DNA from: Blastocladiella emersonii ATCC 22665 | Taxonomy: Eukaryota > Fungi > Blastocladiomycota | NCBI GenBank assembly: GCA_025594325.1 | Contig: JANHCV010000011.1 | Location: 1,178,001-1,242,000, forward strand | Direction: 5' to 3' | Length of the DNA stretch: 64,000 bases | Shown here: piece by piece, positions 46,635-58,629 of the stretch | Numbering within the stretch: position 1 is the stretch's first letter | Layout: each line of letters begins with the position of its first letter | Position numbers and translations under genes: made by a program | The notes under the pieces: model-generated | The model's input: the letters and a program-made list of their open reading frames with translations, nothing else | Told to the model about the DNA's origin: nothing | The model's database searches: none

Positions 46635-47069
46635 CTAATCCCTTTTTTTATTTCCGCCAGACAAGGGTGCCGCGAACTTGGGTGCCTCGGGCAGGATGTC
46701 TAACGGCAGGAGTTCGGCGTGAAGATGTTAGTGATCACACGCGGATCCGACCTTGCGCGAAACGAACCTTCAAGGAAGAAGAACTCGTCAACCGACTCGG
46801 CGACACGGACCACGTCGCGGTACTGGACCATCTTGCGCTTCTCGCCCTCGGCCGTCTGGCACGCCTCCCACGCGAGCTTCTCGAGAAACATTTCCTACAC
46901 CAGCGTAGCGACGCATTGGTTCCCTCCCGTCGTCGCATAATGCAAGAGTACAATGTCATACGGCAGCTTTGGCAATGAGAAACACGGCCTCCTGCGAGAC
47001 GACCTCGACATCCTGGTCCTCCTTAATGATCTTCTTGATCCGCGAGACGGGGAACACGGTGGCCGTCAT
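46635..47069 (-). CDS. Histone-fold protein of the DPB3/POLE4/CHRAC1 type. Exons 47069-46962, 46894-46768, 46699-46635
   Basis: FPVSRIKKIIKEDQDVEVVSQEAVFLIAKAA/EMFLEKLAWEA...KRKMVQYRDV...DEFFFLE/DILP. Confidence 0.88.
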
Positions 47070-47376
47070 GTCCGCGGCCCCCTCGCTTCCGCCCGCCGCA
47101 CTGGCACCTGCATAGTCTGAATCCATGGTTGCGGCAAGTTACGTTGCGCTCAGCAGCTTCATGCAAGTACAGTCGCGCCGTCGAGAGAGCAGGAAAGAGC
47201 GCGACGCGAGGTGCACGGGACGAGATCGCTGCGCGACAGGCGTGGCAGGTGCCGCTCGAGCGCTCGGTTTCGACCTCGCTGATCTTCGAGCCACGCGCCT
47301 CTGCCCTCCCTCCACGCAACCAACGACCGTGTGCGGAGCCCTGCGAGTTCCTGCAACGAGACACCCCTGTAATACC

Positions 47377-48620
47377 ATGGCGGGAAAGAAGTCCAACTCG
47401 CGCGCCGCGTCCCCACCGCGCGGCGGCCGCGGCAAGAGCCCCACGCCGGCTGCCGCGCCCGCTGCTGCCGCGGCGCCGGCCAAGCCGCTCGACGTGCTGG
47501 AGCACTTTGGCGAGGTGCTGCGGTCGTCGACCGACATGACGCCGCCCATTGCCGCCATCAAGACGCTCGTCGAGCTCGTGACGCAGTCCAGCGGTTCGTC
47601 AGGTTCCCCTCTCGCGCGCGATCCGCGCTCAACCTCGCTGACGCGCGTACCATCACCTAGCCACGACGTTCAACGAGCTGCACACGGTGCTGTCTGCGGC
47701 CATGACGACGCTACAGTCCAAGCACAAGCACGCGATTGCGGCGTCGGCCGGGTGCACGCTGTTCAACCAGTTTGCCATGAAGACCTTCACCAAGGAGCAC
47801 AACTTTGAGCGCACCAAGCAGCTGCTGGTCGCGCGCGGCAACGATTTCGTGCTGTCGGTCGACTCGTTCCGCGACAAGATCGCCCACATTGGCAACCCGT
47901 TCATCCAGGACGACGCCGTGATCCTCATCCACTCGTACTCGCGCGTCGTGATGCGCCTGCTGCAGCGCGCTGCCCGCGATAACAAGCGGTTCACCGTCTA
48001 CGTCACCGAGAGCCGGCCGACGGAAAGCGGGTACGACACGTGAACTGAGTCAACTTGACTTCCCTTGCTAACAGCGTCCCCACGAAACGTGTAGCGCGCG
48101 CGCCGTCGAGTCGCTGCGCAAGCGCGGGATCCCGGCGCACCTGATCCTGGACTCGGCCGTCGGGTACATTCTGGAGAAGGTGGACCTGGTGCTGGTGGGC
48201 GCCGAGGGCGTGGTGGAGACGGGCGGCATCATCAACCACATTGGCACGTACCAGGTGGCCATGGTGGCCAAGGAGAAGAAGGTGCCCGTGTACGCGGTGG
48301 CCGAGTCGTACAAGTTTGTGCGGCTGTTCCCGCTCGACCAGTACGACCTGGGCGTCGAGCACGACGTCGGGATCCTCGCCGAGGCGCCCGTCGCCGCCGA
48401 CGACGACATTGACCTGCTCGCGCCCTCGGCGCTCCCCTCGCCCAAGGAGGTGACCGAGGCCCAGAGCGCCGCCGCCCGCGCCCAGATCGTCACCGAGATG
48501 GCCCACACCAACCCGACCCTCGACTACACGCCACCGCGCTACATCACCCTGCTCTTCACCGACAAGGGCGTCCTCGCGCCCTCGGCGGTATCCGACGAGC
48601 TCATCAAGGTGTTCCTGTAA
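47377..48620 (+). CDS. GCN3: Translation initiation factor eIF2B subunit alpha (2 introns)
   Basis: PIAAIKTL, ASAGCTLF, LIHSYSRVV, VYVTESRP, ILDSAVGY, VLVGAEGVVETGGIINHIGTYQVA, AESYKFVRLFPLDQYDL, LDYTPPRYITLLFTDKGVLAPSAVSDELIK. Confidence 0.97.
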
Positions 48621-49196
48621 GCTGTCTCGCTTCGTCCACCACGCGTCGCTTCATCGTACACTCTGTTTCATCGCCCGTCTTCGTCGTGAACTGCCTGTGC
48701 GCTGGCGACGCCTCCGCCTGCGCCACCCGCGCCGTCGCGTCCTCCCCGCGTGGCTGAGCCGTCCGCTGCGCGACGCGAAGTCATGCTCCGTGCTGGCTCA
48801 CTGGTGCCCGCGGGCCCGGACGCGCACGCGAGGTGAGACTCGCCGGCCGGCGCAGGGACCGGCGGCCATGGTCGTGAAGCCGGGCCGCCCATCTCTCACG
48901 TCGACAACGACTGCTCGCACATGCAACGACCTCGCACTTGTTAACTCGCTGCAGGCAGCGCAGACAGGCAGAGTGTATTCACTACCGAGCACGGAATCGA
49001 GCGAGACTGGGCCTCTTCTTCCGCGATTCTGTGGGACCTGAGGGACTCGTTCACGGCGGCGACTGCGACCGCGACTACGACGGCGTCCACTGGCTGGACG
49101 GACGCCCCCAGCACTCTCCACAACAACAACAGCAAGAAGACGTAGACCGTCTGTCCGCGGCCCCTGCCCGGCCCTGCAGGGATCCGCCTTCACATC

Positions 49197-50583
49197 ATGG
49201 GCAAGGGCTACGTGCTGCACGCGACGAGCCGGATAGGCTCGAGCGACTCGCTCGACGTTCTCTCATCCACCACAACCACATCGGCGCCGCAGCCCGCGCT
49301 CTGGCGAAGACTGACGTCGGCGCTCGCGTCCCTGATGCTGCTCGTGGCGCTCGCCTTTGAGCTGGCCGTGGTCGCGCTCCTGCTCGACACCTTGCTGCGG
49401 CGCGACACGGCGGCGCGGCTCATCTTCCCCGCCATCGACCCGCTGCACATCGGCAACCTCCTGCGCGCGCGGCTCGCCGTCTGGACGGCCGCACCCGTCG
49501 CGACGCTCGCGGGCGCTGTCGTCTCGGCGCTCAATGTGCCCATGACCGTGCTCGGGCTCGTGGCCAAGTTCTCGGTACGCGCGGGCGGGTGATGAGGGTG
49601 TTGGAGCGTGGCTAACGCAATGGACGCGGTGTGTAGAGCAAGATCTCGACGTTCCAGCTCTTCATCGGCTGGCGCATCGTGTACACGCTGCTGGTCGTCG
49701 GCGCCGACGCGCTCGTCGTCACAGGCCGGCTGCCCGCGGTCCGGCTGCTCGCTGACGCCAACCTCGACCGCGTCGCGCTCATGTGGGTCGACGGGATCAC
49801 CGTATGTCTGCCTCCTCGACCATCCTCCTTGGACGCGCATCTCACCTCCTACTCGTGTAGCTCGCCATCCTCATCCTGCTCTTCACCCACCGCTTCCCAC
49901 CCGCGAAACGCGCCGCAAGCGGCGCCAAACCCTCAACCCTGCGCCCGAACCCGCGCCCCGCCGACGGCATCCTGCGCGCGAGCTGGGAGCTCGCCCAGCG
50001 CCTGCTCCAGTCGCGCCGCACCTCAACCACCGGCGCCGCAGGCGAACCCGCGTCGTCGTCGGACCGGTACGCCGGCGTGATCGTGCAGGTGTACGAGTAC
50101 GAGACCGACACGCCGCCGGTCCCGCTCCTCCCTCCTCCCCCGCCGCACGCGAGGACGGTCCCGCGCCCCGCGAAACCGCAGGCGCACCCGGCCGCCGCCG
50201 TGCCGCGGAGGCGGAACAGTGGGACCGACATCCCGCTCGCGCTGGCTCCGGCACCGATCTCGGGTCCGCCGCCGCACGCACAGCGTGCGGCGTCGCCCGC
50301 GCCAGTGGCGGCGCCGGGGTTCGCGTACCCGGGCCTCCTGCTCGAGCAGCCGCGGCTCGCTCACCATAGCGGAGGGAGCGGGGACTCGTTCTACTCGGCG
50401 CACCGGCCCGCGAGCGACTCGACGGCGATGCGGCGGTACCCGCCAGCCCCGCCACTGCGGCGAATCACGGTCGAAGACGCGGCGCTGTTCCCGTACCGCG
50501 GGTCGCCGTCGCTCGGGCCCACGGCGCAGCGCGCGAGGGCGGCCGCGGTGCTCGAGGGACGGGCGGGGAGGGGGCGGCAGTAG
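49197..50583 (+). CDS. Unknown membrane protein (~4 TM) with Pro-rich tail. Probable introns ~49576-49636 and ~49802-49860
   Basis: Hydrophobic segments ALASLMLLVALAFELAVVALLL, VATLAGAVVSALNVPMTVLGLVA, WRIVYTLLVVGADALVV, LAILILLF, joined by GTACGC/GTATGT...TAG introns. Confidence 0.65.
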
Positions 50584-50645
50584 TGTAGCTTAGTTTTGCG
50601 TGTGTTTACATGTACAATCAGGGTTCTAGCAACTTTCCCGTTCGT

Positions 50646-51788
50646 TCAATCCGCATGCACGTCTTCGTCAACGCTGCGCCACGTCACAATCTCGTGCTCG
50701 GCGTCGGCGACCCACGCGCCCGCGTCGAGCTGCGCGACAGCCTCGGCCTGCAGCGCCATGAGGTCGACGGACTGCAGCCGGCCGAGCGTCTCGCCCGTGA
50801 GGTCGAGGCTCGCGGCGGCGTCGGGCCCGATGGACGAGGCGACGGCCAGCAGACCCTCGAGCGCCACGCGCACCTGGTGGACGGCGACTTCGAGCATCAG
50901 CAGCTGGTCGCGGTCGGCGCGGCATTGGCTACAGGGACTGACGGTTAGCGCAGTTGATGCGAGGAAGTAGAGAGCGACGTACCGCACGATCGGGACGAGC
51001 GCCTTGACCTCGCGCCGCGCCGTCCACAGGGTCCCGCCGTAGTACACCCCGGCCGCGAGCGCACCCCCGAGCGCGATCCCCGCCGCAAGCGGCGCCATCC
51101 CGACCCCCGCGACCCCCGCGAGCGCCGCCGGTCCAACCATCCCACGCGCGAGCATCCGCCCCGTGATCGCTGCCGTGACCGCGGACGCCGTCGCGAGCCC
51201 CGCGGCGCCGCCCGCGCCCGCCGCCGCCGCGCTGACGGCTCCCTGCTCGGCGAGAGCCTGGATCGACCGCACGCGGACGTTCCACGCGACGGCGTCCGGG
51301 TCGACGCCCGAGGTCACGAGGACCTGCGCGACGCCCGCGGTCGCGGCGGCCTCGAGGTCCGGGTCCAGCAGGTCGTGCGCGCGGAGGGACGAGACGGTCG
51401 CGGCGAGGGCGTGCCGGTCGGCCTCGATGCGCGAGCGCGACGCGGAGACGTGGGCGGCCAGCTGCCAGATGCGGTCGCGCAGCAGGGCGCGCTGGTCGAG
51501 CGAGGGAGGGGAGGTGGAGCGGGCCGTCGTGGTGGTGGTAGCGGGGTCGGAGTCCTCGGGAGCGGGCTTCACGGCTAGGTCCTGCACGGGCGCCGCCGGC
51601 TCGGCGACGGGACCGACGACGGCGGCGGCAACGTCCGGGCGCGCCCAGTCGTCGAGCAGCCAGTCGCGCACCGTGGCCGTCGTGAAGGGCGTGTACGCCG
51701 CGGTGGCGGTAGCGGGCGCGTCGGTGCCGCTCGCGAGACGCTCCCACTCGGCGGCCGCGTCGGCTTTGCTGTGATGATGATGATCCAT
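50646..51788 (-). CDS. Helical protein with a central Gly/Ala-zipper hydrophobic hairpin, unknown function (probable intron ~50930-50980)
   Basis: AAAAGAGGAAGLATASAVTAAITGRMLARGMVGPAALAGVAGVGMAPLAAGIALGGALAAGVYYGG, flanked by amphipathic helices. Confidence 0.7.
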   Translation of the reverse strand: MDHHHHSKADAAAEWERLASGTDAPATATAAYTPFTTATVRDWLLDDWARPDVAAAVVGPVAEPAAPVQDLAVKPAPEDSDPATTTTTARSTSPPSLDQRALLRDRIWQLAAHVSASRSRIEADRHALAATVSSLRAHDLLDPDLEAAATAGVAQVLVTSGVDPDAVAWNVRVRSIQALAEQGAVSAAAAGAGGAAGLATASAVTAAITGRMLARGMVGPAALAGVAGVGMAPLAAGIALGGALAAGVYYGGTLWTARREVKALVPIVRYVALYFLASTALTVSPCSQCRADRDQLLMLEVAVHQVRVALEGLLAVASSIGPDAAASLDLTGETLGRLQSVDLMALQAEAVAQLDAGAWVADAEHEIVTWRSVDEDVHAD

Positions 51789-51988
51789 GGTTGCTGTTTG
51801 CTGAACGAGAGAGAGAGGGCGGGGGTCCGAGTGAGGCGCGCGGTTTGACGCGGGCACGCGGCTCGCTTCCGCGGTTGCCAGCGTGGCGCGCCGCCTTCTC
51901 CATCTCCAATCTTGCTACTCTTCCGCGCACAGTACAACTCCTCTCCACATTCCATGCAACTCTGAGCAACGAAACGAAACGAACGACC

Positions 51989-52456
51989 ATGATCAAGCCC
52001 AAGGCCCTCAGCGAAGTCCTCGCCTCGGCGTGCACCGGCGGCGTCACGTCGGCCCTGTATGCTGCGCCCCACTCGTCGCCGTAACTCAACACTGACGCGA
52101 TGAGACTTTGCTAGCCTCGTGCACTCGGACGGCTCCCTGCTCGCGTACGCCGGCCCGTCCGAGCGCGACGCCCACGTCCACGGCGCCATCGCCGCCAACG
52201 CGTGGTCCGTCTACGACAAGAACGGGACGCCCATGGTCTCGATGCTCGTGCAGATTGAGGTACGGACCTGTTGCAGGGCTTGGTGGTGCTAGTCTGACGC
52301 GTTTGTCGTGTGTAGGACGGCGCCGTCTTCACTGCACGCGTGACCCCGGTCCTCGCCCTGTGCCTCGTCGCCGGCGCCGACGTCGAGCTCGGCGTGCTGC
52401 GGCAAAAGGGACTCGCGCTCCGCGAGTACCTCGAGGGGCCGCTCAAGCAGCTGTAA
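51989..52456 (+). CDS. LAMTOR2: Ragulator subunit LAMTOR2 (Roadblock/LC7 fold), 3 exons
   Basis: MIKPKALSEVLASACTGGVTSAL/LVHSDGSLLAYAG...GAIAANAWSVYDKNG...LGVLRQKGLALREYLEGPLKQL matches the LAMTOR2 pattern. Confidence 0.93.
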
Positions 52457-53266
52457 GGTCGTGATGTGTACATCCGCGATACAACTCGGAATTTGGGTGA
52501 CCATCGGGACTGAGCACAACTGCTCCCAACGCCGCGGCTTCCATGGGAGTGCTTGGCGTCTCGCTTGTGTGGCGACCTCGTCTTTGAGCGAGCGGCCGTC
52601 GTACTTCAACCCGTGCCGCGTTGCTTCAGCAGCACACCCTCGCCTCGCATTTCACGCTTCGCAGCGCAGCGTTCGGGCCATCTGAGGGGTACTACCGGCT
52701 TCAGTCCCCCCTGCTCGGCTTCCACAACCATCGCTCGTTCTCGAACTGCTGGCCGATGGGCCAGAGTCAACCTCAAGGACCTCCCATCGCCCCCAAACCG
52801 TCAACATCGACGTGGATCGATGCCACCGAATCTCGCGTTGCGCCTGGCCAACATGAGGATGGAGAGGCGCGCCTGGACAGGACGAGCGGATCCGGCAATC
52901 AAGCTGTGCTCGCAAACCAGGAAGTGCCAGCAGACTCATCAATCGACGTGACCACGAAGGGCGAGTGAGCACTCCGGCGGGGGAAACGGGTAAAGGATCA
53001 TAGTAGAGAGAATTTGTGTATATTATTGTACTTTAAAACTTTCGAAGGGATGAGATTGCTCCCGCATAAGACCTGAAGCGACGCGTGCGCCGCGGCTCGG
53101 CCAGCCGCGTGTCTCGCACATCACGTGTTTGATCGGCGCGTCTCACGCTGCCGAGCTGCGGCTCGTGGTCTCCCGCTCAAGCTGATCCAAGCCTCTCTGA
53201 GGTATCAAATCACCGGCCATCTCATGATGAACACAAAGAACTCTTCTATATCGACCAAATCGCGTC

Positions 53267-54700
53267 CTAGGTGCGGTTCTCCGCGGCCTCGCGCGTGACG
53301 ACGCCCTGGAGCACAGGCGCCCGCCGAGGCGTCGTAGGCGTTGTAGGTGTTTCCGGTCCAGGCAGAATAAGAAGCGCATCCGTATCGGCCAGCGGGGCAC
53401 CTGGAAGGTAAAGCGTCGACTCCGTCGAGTGGGCCGTAGGGAACGGCGCTCGTGACAGGCGCAGCTGCTCGTCCGCGCGCTCGATTGTGATTGCTGCCGC
53501 CGATGGTTCAGATGCCCGAGGAGACACGTCCGAATTGTGCTTGCTGAGCGTTGCAAACCGTTGGTTTGCCTTGCGGCGACGGTAGACGACAACGAAGACA
53601 ACCTACACAGTTGTAGGGTGAGCAACGGAAACAACTCGTAACCGAACACGATGGAACTGAGAGCGTACCCCAAGCACAAGTGCAACGACTGCTCCTGCAG
53701 CAATCCCAACGATAGCGAGCCCGCCAAGTTGGCCGGTTGAGGTTGAATCGGAAGGGTCAGTCGTTACGTCGTTAGGTCCGCTGCCGTTGTTCGTTGCCGT
53801 TGGTGGGGTCAGTGAAAGCATGGAAAGAGCGCTGGAGGCTTTGTAAATGTCGGACGTCGCGTTGCCGCAGTGGACAAAGCTCATAACGCCAAGGCGGGAA
53901 ACGGTTCCATTGCGAGATAACAGCGGGGCCAAGTTGAGCCAGCTGCACGCCTCGGAGTTGTTCTTGCTGTAGACAAGACAACCATGAAGAAAGGCTGTGG
54001 CACCCTCGGGTTTGTCCTGTGCGCCGATTGTAGGAAGGTCCTGCATCGTCAGCGCAGCACCGCCGAGTGCATTCTTGGCGCAAATTGGTGCACATTCGGC
54101 GGACGTGGTACCGGTCGGGACGAATTTCATAAGTGCAGACGGGTTGGAACCAGCAGCGGGTACGTCAAGTCGGATCGCACCTCCCGCTGAAAGAAGGTCG
54201 CGCGGAACAGGAAAACCGTTCGGGTCGGCGGGGACGCCAAAGTCGTTTGAGCAAAGTAACTTGAGTGGCGTGCCAGTGGACGAGCCCTCGGAGAGCGTGA
54301 TGCATCCTTTGAGCGAGAATTGAGCGAGCTGCTGCTCGAGATTGGCCATAAGTCCGCAGTGCTTGTCCGAGACGGGTGCGTCGGCCGAAACGGGCTTGCC
54401 ATTTTTGCACAGACCGTGCTTGGTGACGAGATCGACAATGGGAATCTCGCGGGTGGTGCTGGAAATGACCAAATTCTGAAAGACCAGCGGACATGAGCTG
54501 ACCGCGCTGTTGGGACCCAAAGTCAAAACGCCAGCCTCCGCTGAAGTCTGTCTGGCGCCAGAGGCGTTCCCGCTACCCACGCCGGCGGCAGTGCCCGACG
54601 CAGCCGGACCGGCTGGACCGATGTTGGGCGTTTGCATAGGAACAAGAGGGTTGCCGGGTCGCACGGGCGTGGCGTTCTGGCCACCGACGTTGAAGCTCAT
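53267..54700 (-). CDS. Single-pass membrane protein with Cys-containing ectodomain and S/T-rich stalk. Intron 53668-53603; 5' end uncertain
   Basis: TM GGLAIVGIAAGAVVALVLG/VVFVVVY followed by RRRK; about 10 Cys in the ectodomain; no clear signal peptide at Met 54700. Confidence 0.65.
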
Positions 54701-54952
54701 GGCTGGCGTGTGCGAGAGATCGATGAAGCTGGCGGCGCTGGGACTAAGCTTTGGTTGCGTGTTGTTGATACGTTGCAAAATGGGTCAGATCAAGGAAAGA
54801 GAGAGAAGCGGGGCTGCGGTGCAAAGGTCGAGTTGGCAGCTTTCAGCGGCTGCTGCAGCCCCAAACACCGCAGGCTGCGGTGGTCGGGAAGCCAAGGGTT
54901 TGGGTGTCATTGTGCGGTGGACATGTTTCCGCGTCAATCACATGGTGAACAG

Positions 54953-55150
54953 TGGAATTTCGGCATGTTCGGCACACTCGACACGCTCCGCGACTTCGGC
55001 TAACACCCGCGACTTCGCCTGGTCTGTGTAGAGAAGTTCCTGGTCGACCGCGACGGCAACGTCGTCAACCGCTACACGTCGCTCACCAATCCCGAGGATA
55101 TTGCCGGCGACATCGAGAAGTACCTCGCCAAGCCCGCCACGTCGGCGTAA
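54953..55150 (+). pseudogene. 3' remnant of a glutathione peroxidase gene: 10-nt microexon 54953-54962, GC-AG intron, last exon 55032-55150
   Basis: Spliced WNF/EKFLVDRDGNVVNRYTSLTNPEDIAGDIEKYL is the GPx C-terminal signature; no upstream GPx exons (FPCNQF etc.) recognised. Confidence 0.8.
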
Positions 55151-56110
55151 GGTCGTGGTGGCCGCGGCCGCGGCCGCGTCGAGTGACGCGACGCGCGGGT
55201 CCGGTGTGCGCGCGCCGCGCGAGTCCGAGTGTGAAGTTTGATCCTGTATACACCCCCCTTCTACTTCCTTCACCTCGACGTTTTACTGGCTCTCGGGAAA
55301 GTGAGGGCCATCCCTTGATTTGAGCGGGCGAGAGAGGAGAAGTGGCGCAACGCGGTCATGTGAGGGGCACTTCGAACGCACTAGTGGCTCGCTTCGCTGA
55401 TCCAGCGCTCTCAGCACATGGTGCCGTGGGTACCGTGTGTTTTCATCGAGTAGTTGACTGCGCAAAAAAAATGATGAACTGGGCGGGCTCGACTTCAGCG
55501 CCCGAAATGGCGACGCGGCGAGTCTCGAATCCCGACCTCGCGAAGAACCTAGCCAAGAAAGATTCACCCAACACGGGTCGGTGGCAAAATAAGGTCGTTC
55601 CGAAACAAAAGCTAAGCGCTCCGTCCATCGCAGGCGGCGGGACTTTGTGGGTCCGGGGTCCTACGTGTTCTAGCTCACTCGACTCAGTGCGGGGCTGTTT
55701 TCCATCGCGTCGCAACGCTTTTGAGGGGGACGGCGCGTGGTTGCAAGAGTGCGAGACACTGCCGCACGCGTGAGACACGCGCACGTGATATCTCGGCGCG
55801 TCCATCAACCTCGTAGTCATGGTGGCGGCCGCCGTCCGCATCAAACCCATCATCGGCGAGAGCGGAGGGGACACTTTGCTCGTCCAGCGCCGATGAACAT
55901 TGAAGTGACGCAACCCGCATGGGTTCCCTCGACCATTTCGAACAAGGTCAACGACGGCTCTTAGAGCGACGACGGGAAAAGAACCACTGAACGCGTTCGA
56001 GAATGATGGATGGATATCCCGTTCGGGGTGTCGCCACCTCACGCGCAGCATATCCCTGATATATCAAAGGTGTGCGCGACGGGCGAAAAGCAAAGGTTTA
56101 GTGTATCATG

Positions 56111-57998
56111 TTAGGGCGCGGCGGCACGCGGGATCAAACTGCCAACAACTTGGGATAGGTAACCCCAGGCACGAGCGAGGTGCGACTGCTTTGGCGGCGG
56201 ATTGTCGTCGTCAACAACACCGGCCAGGTCTGCGAGCTGGGCGAGCTCAACCTCGTCAAGCGGCGTCGCGTTGGCCAAGACGTCAAAGATTTGCGGCGGA
56301 ATGGGTGCGTGTGCCTCAAGAAAAAGTCGCGCACCCACTGTGGATCCGCGCAAGCAAACGACTCGAACAGGTACCGCGCTGGCCCGCGGCTGTCGCTCGT
56401 CTCATTAAGGGTGCAGCAAGTAGTTTGAGACTCCTGGCGAGAGCGCGAACCAAGTCGGAAACAAGCGTGCGGCGGTCGAGGGCCATTGTGCGCGGAACAA
56501 TCAGCGCACGCTTGATTCCGACGCCACGCACCGCTGACGGGAAGCGTTTGAGCAGGGAAGCGAGCACGTCGCGCTGAGCGGGGTGGTGCAAGAACATGGG
56601 CAGCAATCGGCGCCCTGCGCAAGGGCCGGCGCAACACCGCCACAGGTCGTTGACTCGGGCAGGCACGCGGTTGCCCAGAGCATCTCCTCGAGCCAGCACG
56701 ACGCGGTGCCCGTCTCGGCCACAATGTCAAGCGCGCGGGCGGCGGCGCTCGTACTCGTACTCGTTGAGCCGCCAAAAGCGACCGTGCCAAGCAAAACCAG
56801 GTGCCGGGCACAGTCAAGAGTCCAGGAACTTGGTTGTTCCGCCAAGGCGCTGGAACACTCTGCTTGCGATCGCAACGAGATCGACTGGGTCCGCGACCAC
56901 GTTGCAGCCGAGAAAACGCGTGAGCGCCTTGGCGGCAGAGTCCTGGTACTTGTAGGCGCACTTGAGGATGGCCTCGGCAAAGATGCCAGAGAAATCGCCG
57001 AGGCTCGACTCGCGAGTGAAGCGGAGGAGTGCCTGTGCGTGAGTCGCCGGAAAAAGGCACTGGGAGCTCGTCCTTGTCGCTGCTGCTGCACCCGACGAAG
57101 CACGGGTTGTCGATCACACAAGGAAACCTCTACATAACAACAACAACAGGACATCAACCTTGGCCCGAGCAATCGTACACTAGCGGCGGGGCAACGCGCG
57201 TACCTTTTTTTCAATCGATTGCAGCCACTTTTCCTCGCCAAGGTGCGCGCGGACCGGACCCAAACACTCGGGGGAAAATTCTGCGAGGCGAATGCAATGG
57301 CACGGTCCCATCTCCAAGCGAAGGTATCATCAAGCAGGCCCGGCTCGAGAATCACCGCGAGCTGGGCGGGAGAGACAAAGGGCGGAATCCAAAACCACAT
57401 GATGACGCGGTCGTGGCCACCGCGCGAGCCAAAGTGGTGCGGGTAGGCCGGCGTCACGCCCTCGAGAACGATGTGCTTGTGGCGGGCAAGCACGGAGGGC
57501 AAAGGCAGCCGGGCCGCAGTAAACGATCCGGGCTGCAAGCGGGCCCTTGCGTGCGGCCGCGGTGTTGGTCCAGCCGTTGGCCACGAGCCAGTCGAGGACC
57601 TGGAGCTCGGACCGGGTCGCTCGACTTGAAGCAGGAGCGGACAACAGTCGGTAATGATGGAGGGCAGTTGATGGAACACGGCGTAGCGAGAGCTGTGGGG
57701 CAAAGACCGAGTCCACGAGGGCACCGAGGAGTGCAATTTGATCAGCCCAGGACATGGAGCTAAAATCAAGGCGCAGAAACAACTCCCGGACATTGAATGT
57801 GGGAGGCTCGAACGTGGAAAGCCCGTCGGGCCCGCATGACCAGGAACCGGGCTGCGTGACCGTGCGGAGCGACCAGGAAGCAACGAGGCAGTGCTGGTGG
57901 GTATTTACACAGAGTCGCATCGAACTCGTCGCGATGGCGTGGCGCGACCGGGCAAGCTGGCGCGCCGCGGCAGCGTGGGAACCCACCCGCCACGGCAC
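56111..57998 (-). pseudogene. Large decayed gene of unknown family (in-frame TGA stops and frameshifts)
   Basis: Protein-like segments in shifting frames (ELQVLDWLVANGW; RVIMWFWIPPFV; AILKCAYKYQDSAAKALTRFLGC; DVLASLLKRFPSAV; YLFESFACADPQWVRDFF); in-frame TGA at 56814-16 and 56727-29. Confidence 0.45.
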
Positions 57999-58629
57999 AC
58001 GTGTCCCTCATGCGACTGATGCTTATATTGTGGTTCACGCACAATTAGATTGAAATAGTCAATGTTCGAGCCTTGTCTTGAGATGATACACTCTTACGAC
58101 GGCCCTGCACCTCGAGTTCCACTCGCTCGAGACGGGACCGCGCCGCCAGACTTTACGCGCCGCGCCACTCACGTGAGCAGTAACCACGCGCTTTCGGTCG
58201 GGCGGTGCGTAAAGTACTTGTACGGTTCGCACCGTGTGCAAAGCTTGCTGACAGGCGTTTGCTGAGCTTAGCAGCTCGATCATTACGCCCGCTGTCCGAA
58301 TGCTGCGACGCCATACTTGTGCTTAGGACTCGCCCGCGACGACGTTGTGTAAGGTCGAGTTCAAGGCTTTGCGCGCAACGCCATCGCCACTTTCAAGCAT
58401 TAGCGGTGCCGTCTGCGACTCGAATGAGAGGAGGCGGCCGATGACCCAATTGCCGTGTCCATCGCTCGCTTGATGATTGATCGATGTGCCACTCGGAGTT
58501 CGCCTTTGAGCACACTCATTCAACTGGTTTGTCTCGACTGAAGGGGAGGCTGATCAAGTAGACACATTTTATTATTCAAACTATCAGAATCAACAGCAGC
58601 AAAGGCCCGACTGATGTCGGCGGCCACGC

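Noticed and set aside
56727-56816. In-frame TGA codons as selenocysteine or Trp
   Set aside because: The same ORF also has frameshifts, no redox motif surrounds the TGAs, and TGA terminates WAVE and other genes.
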